A stretch of DNA of 64,000 bases from Eledone cirrhosa (GCA_964016885.1 OZ024740.1:193812001-193876000); one strand, 5' to 3'. Shown: positions 1-13,562, counted from the stretch's first letter. Notes: a model not told the origin generated them from the sequence alone. A program made the numbers and translations.

Positions 1-2751
1 TAACTAGTAAACAATTGTCTTCATCATATTATTGGTGAAATTCAGTCAAATATATGTTTCTAAACATTATGCATATATCATGAGTATATACATAACTGAA
101 AAAAGTATTTTAACCTTCAATATTAACGATGATAGGAGGATAGATGGTCGGTATGCGTACGTTTAATTGTGATATTCCTAGAGGTGCAAATGGTTATATA
201 TAAATTTAAGTTAGCCTCTAAAATGTTAAATATGATTATATTTCTAGGTTGATGTTACATATGAGTTCATTAAACGTACTGATTAATTTTCTTCCCGAAT
301 TTGTTTTTTGCATTATATATATATACAAGCAAGAGATTATTAACCGCTTCAAAGATAAAGTAGAATGTGTTACTTTATTAGAACCGAGGAAGTTTGTTCT
401 CCATCGTAGTGCTCGGATCTCTGTTGCAATTCTGGTTCATCATGTGCTGGCATGATTAGACGGTTTGTATTTGTTAGTTTTTGTACTTAGTCTCAGATCC
501 ACCATAGGACCTATAAACTAGTTAGGTTTACTGATTGTAAATGTATGCATGTCTATATTGTCTTCCGTATCATTTCACTATGTAAAACGATATGATGTTT
601 CAACTGTAATTGTCATTTGTGTGGTGGGGTGGGGTAGGGTACATAGGTTTATTAGGGATTACAAATAAAACGTTTTGGACCGAAATACATCAATATAAAT
701 TTGGTATATTCTCATTTATGAATATATCAACGTTATACAATAACAAATCAATTAATAATTGTTTAGCTCTAGCTTCAATGGAAAGAATTCTTTTGATTTG
801 CCTTCGGAGACCTTGGTAATATAATTGCTATCAAAATTAGTTTCACGCGTCTCATTATTTTCAAGCCTGAAGAATAACAAATTTTGCCAAAAGGAAATTT
901 TATATACATTTATAAATGAATAATAATATATGAACAAAGCTTCATAAATAAATAAATGATTATATAGTTTCTTTATTGAGAAACCATCCGATGAGGTTTT
1001 GTACTAAAGACAAAATAATGGTTATAAAATATGAGTTACTCTATTATTCGCAAAGAATAGTATTGCTCTGACTTAGCAACCACACACATACACCCCTCCA
1101 CACACACATATACATATATACTTATATAGAGCGTGAAACTAATAAACCTTTGTTCGTACTGCCTCTCTGTTTTGTTCCCGTTCAATTTTTTACTATATAT
1201 ATATAGATGTAGGTGTGTATGTATATATGTATATGTGTGTTGGTGTGTGTGGCGCTGAAATACATATAAGACAAGTCAATGTTCATTGAAAACCTATAGT
1301 TCTTTGCGTTAACTTTGTTTTGACGTGGTTATCCCAACTTAGATTGTGCTAAAAGAAACTTTTAATGAAAACGATCTTACCCTTTTCTTTTAAGATTAAT
1401 TCACTATTGAAATGTTTTATCTTAACATGAATAGTTATTCATTTAATTGTGGTGAATATAGTCTTTCTTTGGAACCAGAAACAACTATTGTTGGAGTATT
1501 CATTAGAACTATATTTGTTAATATATTATAAGAAATATCTTATAGTTCTAAATGATGATATGTTCTATATGCGTTTGTGAAAGATATTAAAATTGTTGCA
1601 TCAATAACAATATCTATGTGGGTACCCTTGCTGGGTGTCTTAGCGCCTATTTTGCATTTAGTGGTTATTGGCTAAGTACATATCTTTATATTTACAATGT
1701 ATATATATATATATTTGAAAGAGTTTAACAATATTCAATGAGTACATCAAAGAATGAGTTTTACAGTAGATTGAAAGCATTCTACAGGGGATATTTTCCA
1801 GAGTTATTAATATTAAATTCAAATATTAATAAAATAGATGTTCTTGTGCTCAATTAAATTTTATTATACATATTTCAGAGGTACTTGAATCAAGTTCAAT
1901 AGTACGTGCTCGTCAGATAAAATAAAATGATACATGACATACCCTGACATGTTAAATGGTTAAGATTTAATCAATGTAGTGATTAACTTGTGAGGAAACT
2001 CAATATTTATACCTTACAAATGAGAACATGCGAAAACGTAATAGAGTCAATAGAGAGGGTGTGAGTAATAAAAAGATTGCTTTAATGTAACAGTTATAGA
2101 GTTATTAAAGTTTGAAATACTACTGTAGGACTATAGAGGAAGACTATAGATATCTGGAGTTATAATTTTTTTAGTTTTTAGTTTGAGAATACAACTGATA
2201 TATAATTAAAGAGAGAGAGATAAAGGGGAGTAATTTATGCACAAATATTCTTCAGACACATATACATTTGTATAGCCATGGCGGTTAAATTTCAAAATAT
2301 TTAATTTATGTTATTTTAGGGTAATGAATTTTATGTTTTAAAGTTGATAGTAATTTGTTTTATGAATTTTATAAATGTTATAAATGTGTTAAATATCTAA
2401 AATTCAAAGTTTTATGAGATCAAATATAAAAGGATTTACTAGGTCCGCGAAAGAAAAATATATACTGTTCAATATTCATGCAAAGGTAATCTTTAACAAT
2501 ATTACTTGTAACAGTGTCAACATTTTCCATATGTATAGTTTATGAAGTATTTACAGTTATAATTATGAAGGAATTTATTGTTAAATAGTTATAGTGTCGA
2601 AAGTATAACAGTTAAACCAGAGTTTTCAGCTGTAAATATATATATATATGTGCATTGATCTTAATAAGAAGACTATAAATTATTATTTTAATTTTAATTA
2701 TCTATTCGTATATTATATTAGATCATTACATTAGTTCAGCCTTCTAGGGAA

Positions 2752-2975
2752 GAACCGAACTCTAATTATGATTATGTCAATATACAATATAAATATATAT
2801 ATATTTGGACAAGCTATATATAGAGTTATACCGAACTAAAATTATTATTGTGTTATTATACATTATAAACATATTTGCACAAAACTATATACAGAGATAT
2901 ACCGAACTATAATTATGATTATGTTATTATACAATATAAACATATTTGCACCAACTAGATATAGATAGATATACT
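2752..2975. repeat. Short tandem repeat, 3 diverged copies of a ~70-bp unit
   Basis: ACCGAACT.TAATTAT.ATT.TGT.A.TATACA.TATAAA recurs at about 2754, 2830 and 2901. Confidence 0.7.
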
Positions 2976-3421
2976 AAGTATTAATGAGGCAGTATACATT
3001 TAGTAAAGGATAACGATTACAATCCTAGATAATAGAATCATACATGCATAGCTATAAAATACATAGATATATATAAAAATGTAAACGGATGAATGATCCA
3101 CAGTTCAAAATAAGGTTCGTAAAAATTTACAGGTTAGATATCAAAACTATATTTAAAACAGAGATAGAAAAATAAAGGTCTGGATCAAAGTTAATATTAT
3201 CCAAAAAAACATAGGTTATGTATATCAACCTGCCAACATGTTCTTCAACAAATGTCATTCATTCAAACGTTGTTTCCATGATTAGAAGATAAAGTATTAT
3301 TAAAGTTTTATAAGCCATTATGATTTATATTTTCAACAATTGATGATGTACGTCTAAAACCCAGGCCAGGTTGGTTACTGTTTTTTCCTGACCTTATGCG
3401 AGACTTGGAATTTAGACAAAG

Positions 3422-3469
3422 CTTTATAAAGGCAGTTTGAGAATATATTCTCAAACTGCCTTCATAAAG
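3422..3469. repeat. Near-perfect 48-bp palindrome
   Basis: CTTTATAAAGGCAGTTTGAGAAT-AT-ATTCTCAAACTGCCTTCATAAAG, one mismatch. Confidence 0.85.
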
Positions 3470-3968
3470 TGTGTATTTGATGGTAGCTATGATGCTTCCA
3501 TAGGCGGTATGCCGGTTGAGCACTCTATGTTCTTACACAGCAGAGTGTGATATAATATAAAACGAAAGACCAGTAATGCATCTGGACTCAATTTATTGTG
3601 TGTTACAATTGTTTGCGCGGCAGACAGCTCGAGACACAATCATTGTATGGATCTGTCTGATTCTGGAACTGCGGGTTCGTCGGACACTGGCAATAATTCC
3701 GGATCAAATTTTCTCACGGGTGTTAGCGTCAAAAAAGCATCTTCCTTGGTTGTCCTGCTGCTGGCTGTTGATTTTCTAAGTCATCATAAATTCTGGCCAA
3801 TAGTTGCTCTGAGAATGTTCATCAGCTACCCTTCGCCTGACACACTTCATGTTGGGTTTAGTATTTCACATGTCCACACACACACATACACATATACCCA
3901 CACGCATACATACACATATACACATACACACACACACACACGCACACATATATATATATATATATACC

Positions 3969-4003
<35 letters not shown>

Positions 4004-4213
4004 TCAAATACACGCATACATGCACACATCCATATAACTAAAAACATACGAGTACACAGAGACCTACCTACATGCCCGCGTACATCAGCTCTCACACCCA
4101 CACACACTCGCATACACATAAACGCACGCGCACATACCCACACGTGCCCGTATATAGTGGCACAAAGATAGACTCGCTCCCAAACACACAAATATATATA
4201 TATATATATATAT

Positions 4214-4415
4214 ATGTTATATGTACATACACATAAATGTACACACAAACAAACAAGCCTTTTACCCTACAGCAGGTGCACGTACACACACACACACATA
4301 ACCACACATACACACTGGTTCATACACATTCAAAGAATACGCGCCCAATTACCTCAGTGCCCACGTACATCTACAAAGATACATACACGCATATATATAT
4401 ATGTCCGTACTCAAA
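4214..4415 (+). repeat. Dispersed AC-rich repeat, second copy at ~6460-6638
   Basis: Both sites share ATGTACA..CATAAATGTACACACAAACAAACAA...GCGCCCAATTACC...GTGCCCACGTACATCTACAAAGATACATACACGCAT...GTCCGTACTCAAA. Confidence 0.75.
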
Positions 4416-4631
4416 CAGGATATACTCACAGTCATATAAATCTTCACGATGGTCATACAGGGTCATCCATAAAAGGATGCATCTTGTCATACACATGCAC
4501 ACATATTAACAATGTAACCAGATACATACATACACATACATGCATGTATACATACAGACATATAAAGAAATAAATAGGTAAATAGAAAAATAAATAAATG
4601 TATGTATATATATATATACACACATACACAT

Positions 4632-4670
<39 letters not shown>

Positions 4671-4692
4671 TATATATATATATATATTTACA

Positions 4693-4761
<69 letters not shown>

Positions 4762-4868
4762 ACACACATACATACACATCTATAAAAAAAATCCCTACAA
4801 TATACTAAAATATACATATAACGTCATACATTAAAAGACATATATATATATGTATATGTATATGTATA

Positions 4869-5111
4869 TGTAGGAGGTGAGTTTTATTGTAGTACAATAA
4901 AGCAATGCAGATATCGGATAAGAAGCATTCTACAGTTTGTAGGACTGGAGTATACATAATATATAAGATCAAAAGATGGTTAAATGAGTTCCATGTATTT
5001 TATTATGCGCATTTCAAAAACAAATATCATCATGCAATAACATTTGTGTTTTCATCAGATAAAATAGGAAGACATGATATGAAGGTTAAAAACACTTGTG
5101 GATAGTGCAGT
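4869..5111 (-). mobile_element. Short HHR-bearing PLE pLTR-like fragment in (TA)n; same family as 62214-62632
   Basis: Reverse complement aligns along its length with 62390-62632; microsatellite on both sides. Confidence 0.75.
4998..5064 (-). ncRNA. Minimal type-I hammerhead ribozyme
   Basis: Minus strand reads TTTTAT-CTGATGA-AAACACAAATG...TTTGTTTTT-GAAA-TGCGCA-TA-ATAAAA. Stem I is TTTTAT/ATAAAA; loop 3 is the palindrome ATGCGCAT. Confidence 0.8.
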
Positions 5112-5157
5112 ATATGTATATATATATATGCATATACATATATATATGCCTGCATAC

Positions 5158-5201
<44 letters not shown>

Positions 5202-5206
5202 TTATA

Positions 5207-5240
<34 letters not shown>

Positions 5241-5278
5241 CATATATATGTGTGTGTGTGTGTGTATATATACATATA

Positions 5279-5393
<115 letters not shown>

Positions 5394-5396
5394 TTG

Positions 5397-5488
<92 letters not shown>

Positions 5489-5687
5489 CATATTCATTAG
5501 TTAAGCAAAGACAACAACACAAATTTCACAAGGTAGACGTTATATAAAGAAAGTCAACATAGTTTCAGTATATGTGAGGAATAAAGAGTGCAATTTTAAT
5601 TTAATGTAAGGAATAATAATAACAATAATAAGGAGTGTGATTATAATAATAAGCAGTTTATTTATAGTTTAATGTAAGGAATGTTAA

Positions 5688-5872
5688 TAATTGTTTCTAC
5701 TTTTGGCACAAGGCCAGCAATTATCCAGTGCATTACTGGTACTTTATTTTATCGACCCCGTAAGGATGAAAGGCAAAGTTAACCTCGGCAGGATTTGAAC
5801 TCAAACCATAAAGAGGCGTAACTCTTTGCTGCAAAGCATAGCGTCAGACCCTCTACCGATACTGCCAATCCA
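5688..5872 (-). mobile_element. tRNA-derived SINE
   Basis: Reverse complement has A-box-like TGGCAGTATCGG, B-box GAGTTCAAATCC and body TTTGCCTTTCATCCTTACGGGGTCGATAAAATAAAGTACCAGT, shared with copies at 5971, 20682 and 37940. Confidence 0.85.
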
Positions 5873-5970
5873 TGTTAATAATGATCATAATAACGTCCGT
5901 TTACAATTGTTTCGCTACTCAATAAAATGTTTCTGGATCAATTGATTATAGATCATTATTGATCTTGTTC

Positions 5971-6163
5971 AGGGCGGTGGATTGGCGTTTCGGTAGAGGG
6001 TCGGAAGCCGTGCTTTGACGCATAGAGTTACGGCCCTTGCCATTCTGAGTTCAAATCCCGCCGAGGTTAACTTTGCCTTTCATCCTTACGGGGTTGATAA
6101 AATAAAGTACCAGTAATGAACTGGGTTATTGCTGGCCTTGTGCCAAAAGTAGAAACAATTATT
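5971..6163 (+). mobile_element. tRNA-derived SINE
   Basis: GGGCGGTGGATTGGCG...GAGTTCAAATCCCGCCGAGGTTAACTTTGCCTTTCATCCTTACGGGG...AGTAGAAACAATTATT. Confidence 0.85.
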
Positions 6164-6423
6164 GATCTTTTTCAGATGAAGATAAGTAACTTAGGTAAAA
6201 ATTGGAGCGACTCTTCAGAACTTCAAAGGATAATGAAAATATGTATAAATGTTCTATGGAATAATAAATATAAAGTAAGTAAAGTAAATAAAGCTACCTT
6301 CCACTACTTATTGCACATTGAGCACATGCCTTTACGCTTTTGGCTTCTAACACATTCACCAATCTCTCTTCTTCTCGCCTATATCCATCTCTCCCTTTAA
6401 GATCGGTTTACTCTTGAAATGTG

Positions 6424-6456
<33 letters not shown>

Positions 6457-6724
6457 ATACATGTACACATACATAAATGTACACACAAACAAACAATGCC
6501 TTTATCCTACAGTAGGTGCACGTACACACACACTAACAGGATCATACACATCCAAACAAATAAGCGCCCAATTACCCCCGTGCCCACGTACATCTACAAA
6601 GATACATACACGCATACATATATCCGTCCGTACTCAAATTGAGTACCTTACTTACTGTGGTTACCTCCGAATCAACCCGGAATAACTTACCTATAAATAT
6701 ATATATATATATATGTAAGTATGC

Positions 6725-6900
<176 letters not shown>

Positions 6901-7875
6901 ATATATATATATAGCATGCCCCTTGATGCGAGAGTTTACCATAACGTATTGAGGGTCAAATACTTAGCATGAAGTGAACTATTTCGAAGATATATATGAA
7001 AGTAAAATCAATACTTAATAAATAAGAAAACCAATTTAGAGAGACTAATCAATAGTAATTTAATTTGATAAATTTTATTGGTTCTTTGATTTCTTTTATG
7101 AGATAAGTCGTTTAGTAATTTCGATTCAAAGCTTTCTTCATAAAGGAATAATTATTTTATATGGATATCATCAAATTGTGTTGCGTGTCAATATATTTAT
7201 GAAATCGTGTATGAGTACAAAAATGAATATATAGAAGTATGAATTATGAGTATCTTTTTAGAATATTTCCTAAACATTTATTCATGTAAACGTATGTAGT
7301 AATACAGGAGGGGCGTATGTAAAACAGGAATATGTCAAAAAATATGTGGTGTTGATATATACGCGAACACACACACACACATATATATATATATTTATTT
7401 TGTGTTATATATATATACACATTCATGTATATATATATATATATATCGAATGTAGAAAGGTAACACGGGAGTTGATATATATAAAAACAAATAGTAGAAG
7501 GAAAAAAAGGCTGGGTGACCGGTCTACTCTAAGGTCACCCAGCCTTTCAAACCAATCCCAGCCAAACCTTGTATCCACAATTCCAAGAAACCCACATACC
7601 AGTCTGCGGCCACAACAACATTCCATCCCTCGCCCTCTCCTGCTTCTTCTCCTCTCCCCTCCTGAGTCTACCCACTTCAGTCACAACAAAGCCATTAGCA
7701 GAGAAGGATGGACTGACAAAATGACTTTCTTCTCTGAAGGACCACGTACGTGAAAATTAACTTTTCTTCTCCTCTTTATATATATATATAAATATATATA
7801 TAATTATTTTTTTCGTTATTATCTTTGTCTTCACTATTTGTACAAATATGCAACTTAACAATATGCTGCATATCC

Positions 7876-7913
7876 ACAATTGACAATGCATTTAATGCTG
7901 AAACCGGTATTGT
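7876..7913 (+). ncRNA. Candidate minimal HHR with U3-A8 core variant
   Basis: ACAA-TTGACAA-T-GCAT-TTA-ATGC-T-GAAA-CCGG-TA-TTGT. Stems I and II close; loop 3 is the palindrome ACCGGT. Confidence 0.55.
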
Positions 7914-8019
7914 AAATAAATTAATGCGTGCAAATTTCACTAAAAATATTTTTTCAAAGTTTTCTTCAGAAAAAATCTTTTACCCTTCTACTATGTGTTC
8001 CTATATATATATATATATA

Positions 8020-8116
8020 GAAAAAGAGTCAGAAACTCGACGGTTGAGCTCGATCCGTTTACTTCGGATATAGCTGTCGAAACGGCCGGGGCTCAGCCGT
8101 CGAGGTCCTGACTCTC

Positions 8117-8119
<3 letters not shown>
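8020..8119. repeat. Small fold-back in (TA)n carrying an HHR 3' half; family also at 11870-11955, 13563-13700 and 61956-62125
   Basis: Imperfect inverted arms GAGTCAG..CTCGACGG / CCGTCGAG..CTGACTC; right arm reads GAAAC-GGC..GCTCAGCC-GTC. Confidence 0.65.
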
Positions 8120-8169
<50 letters not shown>

Positions 8170-8318
8170 ATACTTTGGGAGGGTCATGTTGCCAATAAGA
8201 AACACACGCACCAGTAACTTTCACTTCAATTTATTATAATACATTTATAATAAATTTATATATTTATAAATTTCTGGTTGGTTGGTTGGTTCCACAACCA
8301 GATAGTTGTTTAAATATT

Positions 8319-8361
8319 GTGATAGTTCTTTCGTCACACACTCTGTGACCTCTTCAGTGAC
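8319..8361 (-). ncRNA. Minimal HHR in PLE-1 3' UTR (slightly decayed)
   Basis: Minus strand reads GTCA-CTGAAGA-G-GTCAC-AGAGTGT-GTGAC-GAAA-GAAC-TA-TCAC, about 200 nt after the ORF stop; one stem I mismatch. Confidence 0.7.
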
Positions 8362-8562
8362 TGGGGATTCCTTTCTTTGTTTCTGTGCCTCTCCTTTGTT
8401 CTGTCCTACGCCATTTTGTTTCTGTGTGTGTGTTGTGTGCTCAGTCTGCGCATGCGCCACATCCGGGTGTCTGTGTGTGTTTATGTTCATTTATTTATTT
8501 GTTTATTTACATGTTACTGGTTGGTTGTTTGTTCTATGTGTGTGTGTGTTTTCATTTTGTCC

Positions 8563-11500
8563 TTAATTGTAAATTGTGATGTTGCTGTTCCACTCATATT
8601 TTCTATTTAATTTTGATTGTAATTCTTTTATGTTTATTGCCTCTGTAATTTGTCTAAACATTGCGTCTTTTCTGTGTGTAGATTCTATTTTTATTTCTAT
8701 GTTCTCTAATTTACCCTTATGTTCTATTTTAGCATGTTGGTAGAGTACAGATGATTCTTTACTGTCTTGAAGGTCTCGCGAGTGTTCATTTATCCGTTCC
8801 ACTACATTACGGGCTGTCTCACCTATGTACACTATATTGGTGTCTCTACATTGTCCTTCAGTACATCTTATGCTATACACTACATTTCTAGTTTTACAGT
8901 TAATATGGGGGCTTATTTTACAGGTTATACATTTCTTATCTATACATGAGGGTCTTTGAAAAGGGTATGTCTTGCTAATAAGTGTTTTTACAGAGGTACC
9001 TGGTCTTTCTACTATCTTAATATTGAGTTTATGTTTATTTAGGGCCCTTCTAAATTTGTAAGCTAATTCACCTCTAGGGGTTGTATCGATGAACATTACA
9101 CTCTGGTATTTATTGCTATCATACCATGAGTTTATTCTATTAGCCTTGTTCCTAGTTCTTTCTATTCTATTCCAAAATTTGCTCCTATACAAGGGACAGG
9201 TCCCATTTATGTCATTATTTACCATTTTTTCCCATTTGGTTCTGGCTCCTCTATACACTCTGATTTTATCTCTCTGGTTGTAACCAGAGAACTGCATACG
9301 GTGGATGAAGTGTTGTATGTGTCTCTCTAGTTCTTCGGGGTTGCACATGCGGGACACGTTTCTCATCACCCGTACCAAATCCGCAATCAGTATGTTGATT
9401 TCGGTATGGTCCCAAACGGCCGAGTTTCGGTGGATCAGATGTTTGGAAATCATGGGTTTGGCATAATGGGAATGGAGGATTTGTTTTTTGTTATTAATGG
9501 TATCTAACCAGAGCTCTGTGTCTAGTACAGGTAATCGATGGTTGGGGTGTTTACTTGGGTAGTCTATAGTAACTCTAATGCTCTGGTGGATGGAGTTAGC
9601 TATTTGCTGGATGCTTTCCATTGTGTTTTTCTCTAGTTCCTGACTGTTCTCTAGTGGGGGTGTCTTAACTACGATGTTTATATCATCAACGTAGCGGGAG
9701 TACATTATCAGGGTTAAGGGGTCTTCTAATTGTTCTTTAAGCTTAAGTTTAAGTCTACCGTCCCATCATACCATGAATAAGTTAGCTATGTCGCCTGCAA
9801 TGCTAACACCAATGGCTGCTCCTTCCTCTTGGGCATATGTTTTTCCATTAAATTTGAACATATGTTCCTTACGGGTTAGTTTTATGCTGGCCCCTACCGC
9901 ATGTGCAATCATTTTCTTCAGTTCATTGTGGTTTTCGGGTGTCCGTATGGCTCTGGTCCACCCGTTCCATCTATCTGTGTGGGTTTTCTTGGCCATTGAG
10001 GTAATGGTAGGTGGTCTGCCTCTTGCTGGTCTTGTAGGGCACATGTTGCTAAGGTCATATGTGTCTAGGTAATTATTACTATAGGTAAGTTTAAGTAGGA
10101 GTCCCAGCTCACTGGTATCAATCCCACGGAACACAACATTGCTCTCACTGATCATTTCTACGCATTTCTCCACAGCAAAATCCACGTCAATAGATGGATA
10201 CAGGGACACAACATCCATACTACCTATTATGCAGGTGGTTAGGTCCCTAGATCGGTTACTCACGCCGATTCTGCTGAGGAGGTCCTCCGTGCTGTCACAT
10301 ACATCTGGGGACATTTCGATGATGGGGCGTATGATCAGGGAGAGGAAGTAGGACAGTAGCAATGTTAGCTCCACAGACTGGCCATGTTGGTGGTCCCGCG
10401 ACAGGGTCACTGCCTGTTTTATGGTCTTTTCGAAGCCCATACAACGCCGGCACGTCATTGTTCCAGGCCTGGAAGTTGTTGGCAGTCCTTTTGTTGGGCT
10501 GCATTATATTCGTCCATATCACCATATGGGCATTGAGGGATTTTTCTCTATCCTCATGTTCCTGTGGTGTTACCTCTCTTGTGTTAGTGATGTGGGGTTG
10601 CATTGGCTGGATGTAGTTTGGCAGGCTGTCAACCGACATTCTGCCAGACTGTTGGAAAGCATGCTATCTCTCCATTACGCGAGCGCTGCATGAGCTTACG
10701 CTAGCCATTTGCAGATTTTTCTCCCAGTTGCTGGGCCTCCATTCTATTATGCTTCTTGCTATACTGTTCTATAATATTTCTAAGTTCGGATCTAGCTATA
10801 CTAAATTGTGCTTCTGTTTGTTCATCGACCTGCGACGGCAATTGCGTGCGTTTGTTAAATGGTAAAGTCGTGGCGTGGACTAGTCGCAGGTCGAACGATT
10901 TATCGGAGGGATTATAAAAACTAGAGTTCCAGGCTGCTGCTTTATGTGTACTAGTGCTATTGTTATTGTTATTGTTAGTTGTGTTGTTTCTATTTCTATT
11001 TCCACCAACAGCCTCATGGTTGTTTCTATGTCTCTCATAATTACTCCTGTCTCTTTCCACTGGCTCATTGTTGTTATCTACCCTATTTTGTGTGTCTGTG
11101 TGTTCGTCTTGGTTATTTTATTTGTCCTTAGTCTCCCTTCTCCTTTTAATCCTATTACTTTCCCTTATTTCTGTGATTTCTGTGCTACTGTCAATACTTG
11201 TTTTCTGTGTCTGTGTGTTTGTTAAGATTGTGGTGGTGGTGAGAGGCATTGAATGTGTGTGTGTTGTTGTTGTTGATGTGTTGTTGTTGTTGATGTGTGT
11301 TGTTGTTGTCTCCGTGTGTGTTATTATTGTTGTGTGTGTTTTTATTGTTGTTTGTGTCTGCGTGTCTGTTGTTGGTGTTTCTGGGTATGTTATTATTGTT
11401 GTTGTTGTTGGTGTGTGTGTTGTTGTTATTGTTGTTTGTGTCTGTGTGTCTGTTGTTGTTGGGATGTGTGTTGTATATGTGTGTGCGTATATTGTTGCTT

Positions 11501-11577
11501 TTGTTTTTGTTTTTGTTTTTGAGGCTCCAGCGTAGTTTTGTAAATGATTTTTCTATATCTGACAGACAACTAATCAT
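8563..11577 (-). pseudogene. PLE reverse transcriptase-GIY-YIG endonuclease, disrupted by stops and frameshifts
   Basis: Collinear motifs across ORF pieces: [11 protein letters not shown]; PALYGLRKDHK..PVCGA; GSMDVVSLYPSI; QEEGAAIG; YSRYVDDI; LPVLD; C-x2-C linker; NVVYSIRC..VYIGETAR..RINEH..E..I..LN. Confidence 0.92.
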
Positions 11578-11681
11578 ATTTACCTTATATACATATACAT
11601 ATTTACATATATATACATACATATATACATATGCATATATATATATATACATATATATATAAATATATATATATATATATG

Positions 11682-11747
<66 letters not shown>

Positions 11748-11787
11748 ATATTAATAGAGAAACTATATTTATAAAACCATATTTATA

Positions 11788-11847
11788 TCATTATACATAT
11801 TTCAAGGGCCACCAAGGCAAACTATGGTGCGCTTCTATCAGATAAAA
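11788..11847 (-). ncRNA. Degenerate HHR-like fold upstream of PLE-1
   Basis: Minus strand reads TTTTAT-CTGATAG-AAGCGCACCA..TGGTGGCCCTT-GAAA-TATGTA-TA-ATGA; core and stem I are imperfect. Confidence 0.4.
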
Positions 11848-11989
11848 TATAATAGGAATATATATATATTCCTATTATCTACTCTACTACCTTAAGTATC
11901 AAGTGACCTGGTGCATTATGGTCTACCTGGTTCCTTACCACACTTTCTTTGTTATATATATATATATTTATATATATATATATATATAT

Positions 11990-12598
11990 ATAAGTATGTA
12001 TACATACATACATATATGTATACAGACGTACAGTAGTATGTATATATATGCATACATGCACACATATATATATATATGCACGTATGGGTTTACCGAACAT
12101 TTATTATAATATTCGGTTTGTTTGTAAACAAACAGCCCGAATTACGCCGTACAGTGTTCGGCAACCATCGTTGCCCTTTTGTTCAACACTGACAAAGGAA
12201 CGATGAAATAGTTTCTAACTTATTAGCTGTCATCAGCACCATATACCTTCCTATCAGTCGATTGAACGTTTGAAAGTATATACTTTTCTTATTCATATTA
12301 ACGGCTGAGCAGCCTAATTTGCATATCGAGTGAGTTAGTCAACCGGGCGTAACGAAAACGATAAATGGAAAAAATTAAATTTCATTTCTCACTCTTAGTA
12401 CGGCTGATAGATAAATATAAGTATGTATACGTACATACATATATATGTATACAGACGTACAGTAGTTTGTATAAATATACATAGACGCACACATATATAT
12501 ATATATGTACGTATGGGTTTGCCGAACATTTATTATAATGTTCGGTTTGTTTGTAAACAAACAACTCGAATTAAGCCGTGCAGTGTTCGGCATCCATC

Positions 12599-12600
<2 letters not shown>
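11990..12600 (+). repeat. Direct repeat of ~180 bp (11990-12170 and 12417-12600), partial third copy at 17646
   Basis: Shared ATAAGTATGTATAC..CAGACGTACAGTAGT..CGTATGGGTTT.CCGAACATTTATTATAAT.TTCGGTTTGTTTGTAAACAAACA..CAGTGTTCGGCA.CCATCGT. Confidence 0.75.
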
Positions 12601-12667
<67 letters not shown>

Positions 12668-12840
12668 AGTAGAAGACCAGCAGTTGCCCTTGCATGCCAG
12701 GCTCCTCCTCCATGCCAGCGATGTTATTCAAGGGAAAACCAGTAGCCGATACAGCTTGACACCAGTGACGTCGTAACTGATTTCTGCAGCTGAGTAAACT
12801 GAATCAACGCGAAATAGAATATCTTGCTCATAAACACATC
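12668..12840 (-). mobile_element. SINE-like fragment (different family)
   Basis: Reverse complement TGTGTTTATGAGCAAGATATTCTATTTCGCGTTGATTCAGTTTACTCAGCTG resembles the segment that follows the B-box in many animal SINEs (recalled similarity, not computed). Confidence 0.45.
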
Positions 12841-13042
12841 TCAACTGTAGTAACAGTAGTAACAGTTTGGTAGAAATATCCAAGAGTAAGAGCATTCAGT
12901 CCATAGGATGAGTTTAGTATAAATGTTACAACAGTGACGTTCTGGACCCCAACTCATTCAGACTGGATTAATAAATACCCGATACGCTCTGTCTGTTTCC
13001 ATACGTTGCTCGTACGCCTCAGTTAAGTGTTGTGCTTACATA

Positions 13043-13162
<120 letters not shown>

Positions 13163-13562
13163 TGAGGCAAAAAGTGAGCATGTTACCAAATAGAGAATAA
13201 TAGGGGTAATGCACTAAGGCAGCACAAGCTTCCTAAATTCTGAAAAAAATGCGTTCGAACCAAATATGTAAAAATACATTTTAACATGTTTGATAGAACG
13301 GTAGCCTAGTTTCAGATATTGTTTTTAGAGCCGATATCAAAGACTAATTACTTTTAAAATAGTTAAGGTCCAAACCTTATTATTGGTTATTTACTAAAAT
13401 AAATAATTTAATAGCGAGTTCGAAATAAGTTATATTTTCAAAAGTCCTATAATAGCCATATGAATCATTTCTCCCTGGTCTATACCTGAGTGACCTTCTC
13501 CTAGAGAGGTGTCTTAATGAAGACTAGGAGTATCTCGCTCTTCAAACAAAAACCTGCGTTCC

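Larger units (their letters stand above)
8165..11580 (-). mobile_element. Decayed Penelope-like retroelement (PLE-1)
   Basis: Fragmented RT plus GIY-YIG ORF, an HHR in the 3' UTR, and (TA)n at both ends. Confidence 0.9.

Noticed and set aside
974-1023. AACCAT-CCGATGA-GGTTTTGT..ACAAAAT-A-ATGGTT, an HHR-like 5' half with stems I and II
   Set aside because: The GAAA/stem III half is absent; it could be a deleted HHR or chance.
3300-3850. GC-richer island with short ORFs and a minus-strand CTGATGA
   Set aside because: No recognisable protein motif, and no closing stems I or III.
7508-7780. 15-bp hairpin (AAAGGCTGGGTGACC/GGTCACCCAGCCTTT) and downstream CTGAAGGA..GTGAAA
   Set aside because: The hairpin is real, but no stem I can form for an HHR and no function is supportable.
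9766-9768. In-frame TGA in the PLE-1 RT as possible selenocysteine recoding (known in some Naiad PLEs)
   Set aside because: It falls in MV*WD, where Trp (TGG) is the likelier ancestor; the element has other frameshifts; no SECIS was recognised.
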